Program-made: the position numbers and the translations under genes
Notes under the pieces: model-generated
Databases searched by the model: none
What the model was told of the DNA's origin: nothing
What the model saw: only the letters and a program-made list of their open reading frames with translations
Source of the DNA: Candidatus Latescibacterota bacterium
Lineage (GTDB): Bacteria; Latescibacterota; UBA2968; GCA-2709665
Direction of reading: 5' to 3'
Assembly (NCBI GenBank): GCA_965226795.1
Contig: CBDDDZ010000005.1
Span: forward strand, 1,216,001-1,280,000
Length of the DNA: 64,000 nucleotides
Shown: positions 61,541-64,000 of the stretch, one piece after another
Numbering within the stretch: position 1 is the first letter of the stretch
How the letters are laid out: every line of letters starts with the position of its first letter

Positions 61541-63465
61541 TGAAATTTCGGAAACCGTCCTGCCGGAAGGTTGGTCCCGTGTTTAAATCCGTTTTTTGGC
61601 TAGCCTGTCTGTTTTCTTTCGCGGATTCCGTCGCGGCGTCTCCGGAGGCGCTGAATGAAGCGCCGCCGCTCCGTGAGCGCGTCCGCACGGGCCAACTTCC
61701 GCCGCTTCGGGAGCGGCTGCCCGACGTGCCGGCGGTGGTGCAGCCCGTGGAGCGGATCGGCCGGTACGGCGGAACGTGGCGGCGGGTACACATGGGCATG
61801 CCGGACCGGGCCGGGTGGATGCGGCTGACGTACGACCCTCTCCTGCGCTGGTCGAAGGACTACACCCGGGTAGAGCCCAATCTAGCCCGGTCGTGGGAGG
61901 TTTCCGAGGACGGAAGGGAATTTACGTTCCACTTGCGGAAGGGGCTTCGTTGGTCCGACGGGACGCCGTTCACCTCGGACGATTACATGTTCTGGTACGA
62001 AGACGTTATCCGTAACGACGATCTGAATCCCGTCAAGCCGAGTTGGCTCACGATCGCCGGCGAACTGGGCGTTGTCGAGCGTGTGGACGCCCATACGATC
62101 CGGTTTCGCTTTGTGAAACCGAACGGCGTGATCCTGCAGTGGCTGGCATCATGGACCGATGTGGTCGCCGGTCCGCCGCCGAAGCACTATCTCAAGCGGT
62201 TCCATCCCAACTATGTTTTGGAAACTGAACTGGACGCCCTTGTCGTCGCTGAAGGGTACGACACGTGGATGGCGCTATACGAGACCAAGAGCGATGCGTT
62301 TCTGAATCCCGATCGGCCTGTCCTTTGCGCTTGGCAGGCAAGGACGGGAGCGGATGCGGCCATCTTCATCGCGGAGCGCAACCCGTATTACTGGAAGGTG
62401 GATCCGGAAGGGAACCAGCTTCCCTACATCGACCGGGTGGAAATGACGCTTGTGCAGAGCGCGGAGACGGTTACGCTCAAGGCCATTGCCGGAGAGATCG
62501 ATATGCAGAGCCGGCGGGTCGAGTTCATGAATTATCCGTTGCTGATGGAGCACCGCGAGCGTGGCGGATACCGGGTATTGCGCTGGAAGCCGGCAACCAC
62601 GGGGCAGGGAACCGTGTATCTGAATCAGAACTACACCCACCAGGATTCCGTGATGGGCGCGTTGCTCAGAGATCGCCGCTTCAGACGGGCGCTGTCTCTC
62701 GGCATCGACCGCCGGCAAATCATCGATCTGTTCTATATGGGGGTGACCGAGCCCAGGCAGGTCGTCCCGTATACGAATGAATTGCATGGTGTACCGGGTA
62801 CCGATACGCTGTACACTTCTTATGACCCGGATCGGGCGAATCGTCTCCTGGACAAGGTCGGACTGGACGGACGCGATCATGCGGGATACCGGCTGCGCCC
62901 CGATGGAAAGAGGCTGAAGTTCACCATTGCCGGATTTACGCCCGGTACGGCCTACGTGGACGTGGCCGAATTGCTGGCCTCCCAGTGGACCGCGCTGGGC
63001 ATCCAGTCCACGGTCAAACCCGAAGATGTGGCGCTGTGGGTGACGCGCGCGACGGCCGGCGAACACCACGTATCCGTCTACGCCGCGTCGGGCGGATTTC
63101 GGCCGCTGATGGATCCCGTGTGGTTCTTCCCTTCGGCGTCCACGGCCTATTGGGCGCCCCTCCACGGCCTCTGGTACAGCAGCGGGGGCAGGGCCGGAGA
63201 AAAACCGACCGGTGATATTGCACGCATCGTGGAGATATACGAGAAGGCGATGACCACGGTGGACGAAGTAGAGCAGGTGGCGCTCGTGAAGCAGGCGGTG
63301 CGGTTGCACGCGGAGAATCTGTGGCGGATTGGCGTGTGCGGAGGATTCGACGGGTTGTTCGTGGTCAGGAACGACTTCCGGAATGTACCCGAATTCGGCC
63401 TGAGCGATAACCCGCTGCTCACGCCGGGGTATACGCACCCTGAGCAGTATTTCTTCGACCGGTAG
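61537..63465 (+). CDS. Family 5 ABC substrate-binding protein
   Basis: Signal peptide, 'LPPLRERLP', '[30 protein letters not shown]', '[16 protein letters not shown]'. Confidence 0.95.
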   Translation: MMKFRKPSCRKVGPVFKSVFWLACLFSFADSVAASPEALNEAPPLRERVRTGQLPPLRERLPDVPAVVQPVERIGRYGGTWRRVHMGMPDRAGWMRLTYDPLLRWSKDYTRVEPNLARSWEVSEDGREFTFHLRKGLRWSDGTPFTSDDYMFWYEDVIRNDDLNPVKPSWLTIAGELGVVERVDAHTIRFRFVKPNGVILQWLASWTDVVAGPPPKHYLKRFHPNYVLETELDALVVAEGYDTWMALYETKSDAFLNPDRPVLCAWQARTGADAAIFIAERNPYYWKVDPEGNQLPYIDRVEMTLVQSAETVTLKAIAGEIDMQSRRVEFMNYPLLMEHRERGGYRVLRWKPATTGQGTVYLNQNYTHQDSVMGALLRDRRFRRALSLGIDRRQIIDLFYMGVTEPRQVVPYTNELHGVPGTDTLYTSYDPDRANRLLDKVGLDGRDHAGYRLRPDGKRLKFTIAGFTPGTAYVDVAELLASQWTALGIQSTVKPEDVALWVTRATAGEHHVSVYAASGGFRPLMDPVWFFPSASTAYWAPLHGLWYSSGGRAGEKPTGDIARIVEIYEKAMTTVDEVEQVALVKQAVRLHAENLWRIGVCGGFDGLFVVRNDFRNVPEFGLSDNPLLTPGYTHPEQYFFDR

Positions 63466-63702
63466 CGCCAGAAGGGATGCTGTCAGTGGCTACCACAGAC
63501 AATGGTGCGCAAGGGTTGAGGGCGTCGCGGGGTTCGTTTCGGGTGGGAGAATTGGCTCGGGAGCGGCTCACATAACGCGGTTCTCAACGTCTTCGACGAC
63601 ATAATCGGACTGGCGATTCGCCGGCCTTGTCGCACTAACGAGGTATCCCGATCATTTCATAGCCGTTGGGGATCGTCCGGTTTTCCTCTGGCTGTATGCT
63701 AT

Positions 63703-63735
63703 AAAAAAGGAAGTTGAGAATTGTCCCCAACTTCC
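63703..63735 (-). terminator. Intrinsic terminator after tRNA-Arg
   Basis: Minus strand GGAAGTTGGGGACAATTCTCAACTTCC followed by TTTTTT. Confidence 0.75.
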
Positions 63736-63745
63736 CCGTATAAAC

Positions 63746-63822
63746 TGGTGCGGATGCCAGGATTCGAACCCGGAACCGCCTGGTCCGTAGCCAGGTGCTC
63801 TATCCAGTTGAGCCACATCCGC
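63746..63822 (-). tRNA. tRNA-Arg (ACG)
   Basis: GCGGATG acceptor, CCTGG-CTACGGA-CCAGG anticodon arm, GGTTCGAATCC, encoded CCA; upstream TTGACA-17-TAATTT. Confidence 0.97.
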
Positions 63823-64000
63823 ACGGTTTTGATTGGCCAAAGCGCCGGTTTTGAAATTTCGCGGCCACATAAATTAACCAAAACACGCGGCGGTGTCAAG
63901 GAATCCGGAATATCAAACATGCCCGGTTCCATGGCTTTGCGTCGCGTCGGCCGCATAGAATCGGTTGGGTGCGGCCAACCGTCGGTTTACTCTTCATCAG

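Overview
A GC-rich bacterial chromosome segment. Dockerin-like DFDGNGxVxFxDF motifs, a PhyH-HEAT fusion, a sulfatase and Calx-beta/FN3 proteins suggest a Latescibacterota/Gemmatimonadota-like, possibly sponge-associated organism; this is inference only. Housekeeping genes include guaA, glnA, hrcA-grpE-dnaJ (no dnaK), a frameshifted metG, mraY, tRNA-Glu(CTC), tRNA-Arg(ACG) and a five-gene Opp/Dpp-type ABC transporter. They are mixed with catabolic genes: PIG-L deacetylase, Gfo/Idh/MocA oxidoreductase, MFS, MaoC-CitE-CaiB, heparinase-like protein, SelA-like PLP enzyme, M20/M24 peptidases, GGT and GH5. A decaying accessory block (~37.6-53.6 kb) starts at an IS3 remnant. It carries an FG-GAP/dockerin protein, a large beta-propeller/Y_Y_Y/sigma54-AAA+/HTH activator, a Calx-beta autotransporter-like adhesin and a sulfatase-FN3-cohesin-dockerin fusion. 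The best candidate for a new system lies on both sides of the activator: a diverged duplicated unit of CCATATATGG palindromes, a sigma54 -24/-12 promoter and a ~350-nt non-coding, multi-hairpin element whose ends pair and whose 5' end sits at the predicted TSS. This points to a sigma54-transcribed structured RNA linked to an apparently cytoplasmic propeller-sensor activator. Many ORFs carry single indels that could be read errors or real decay.
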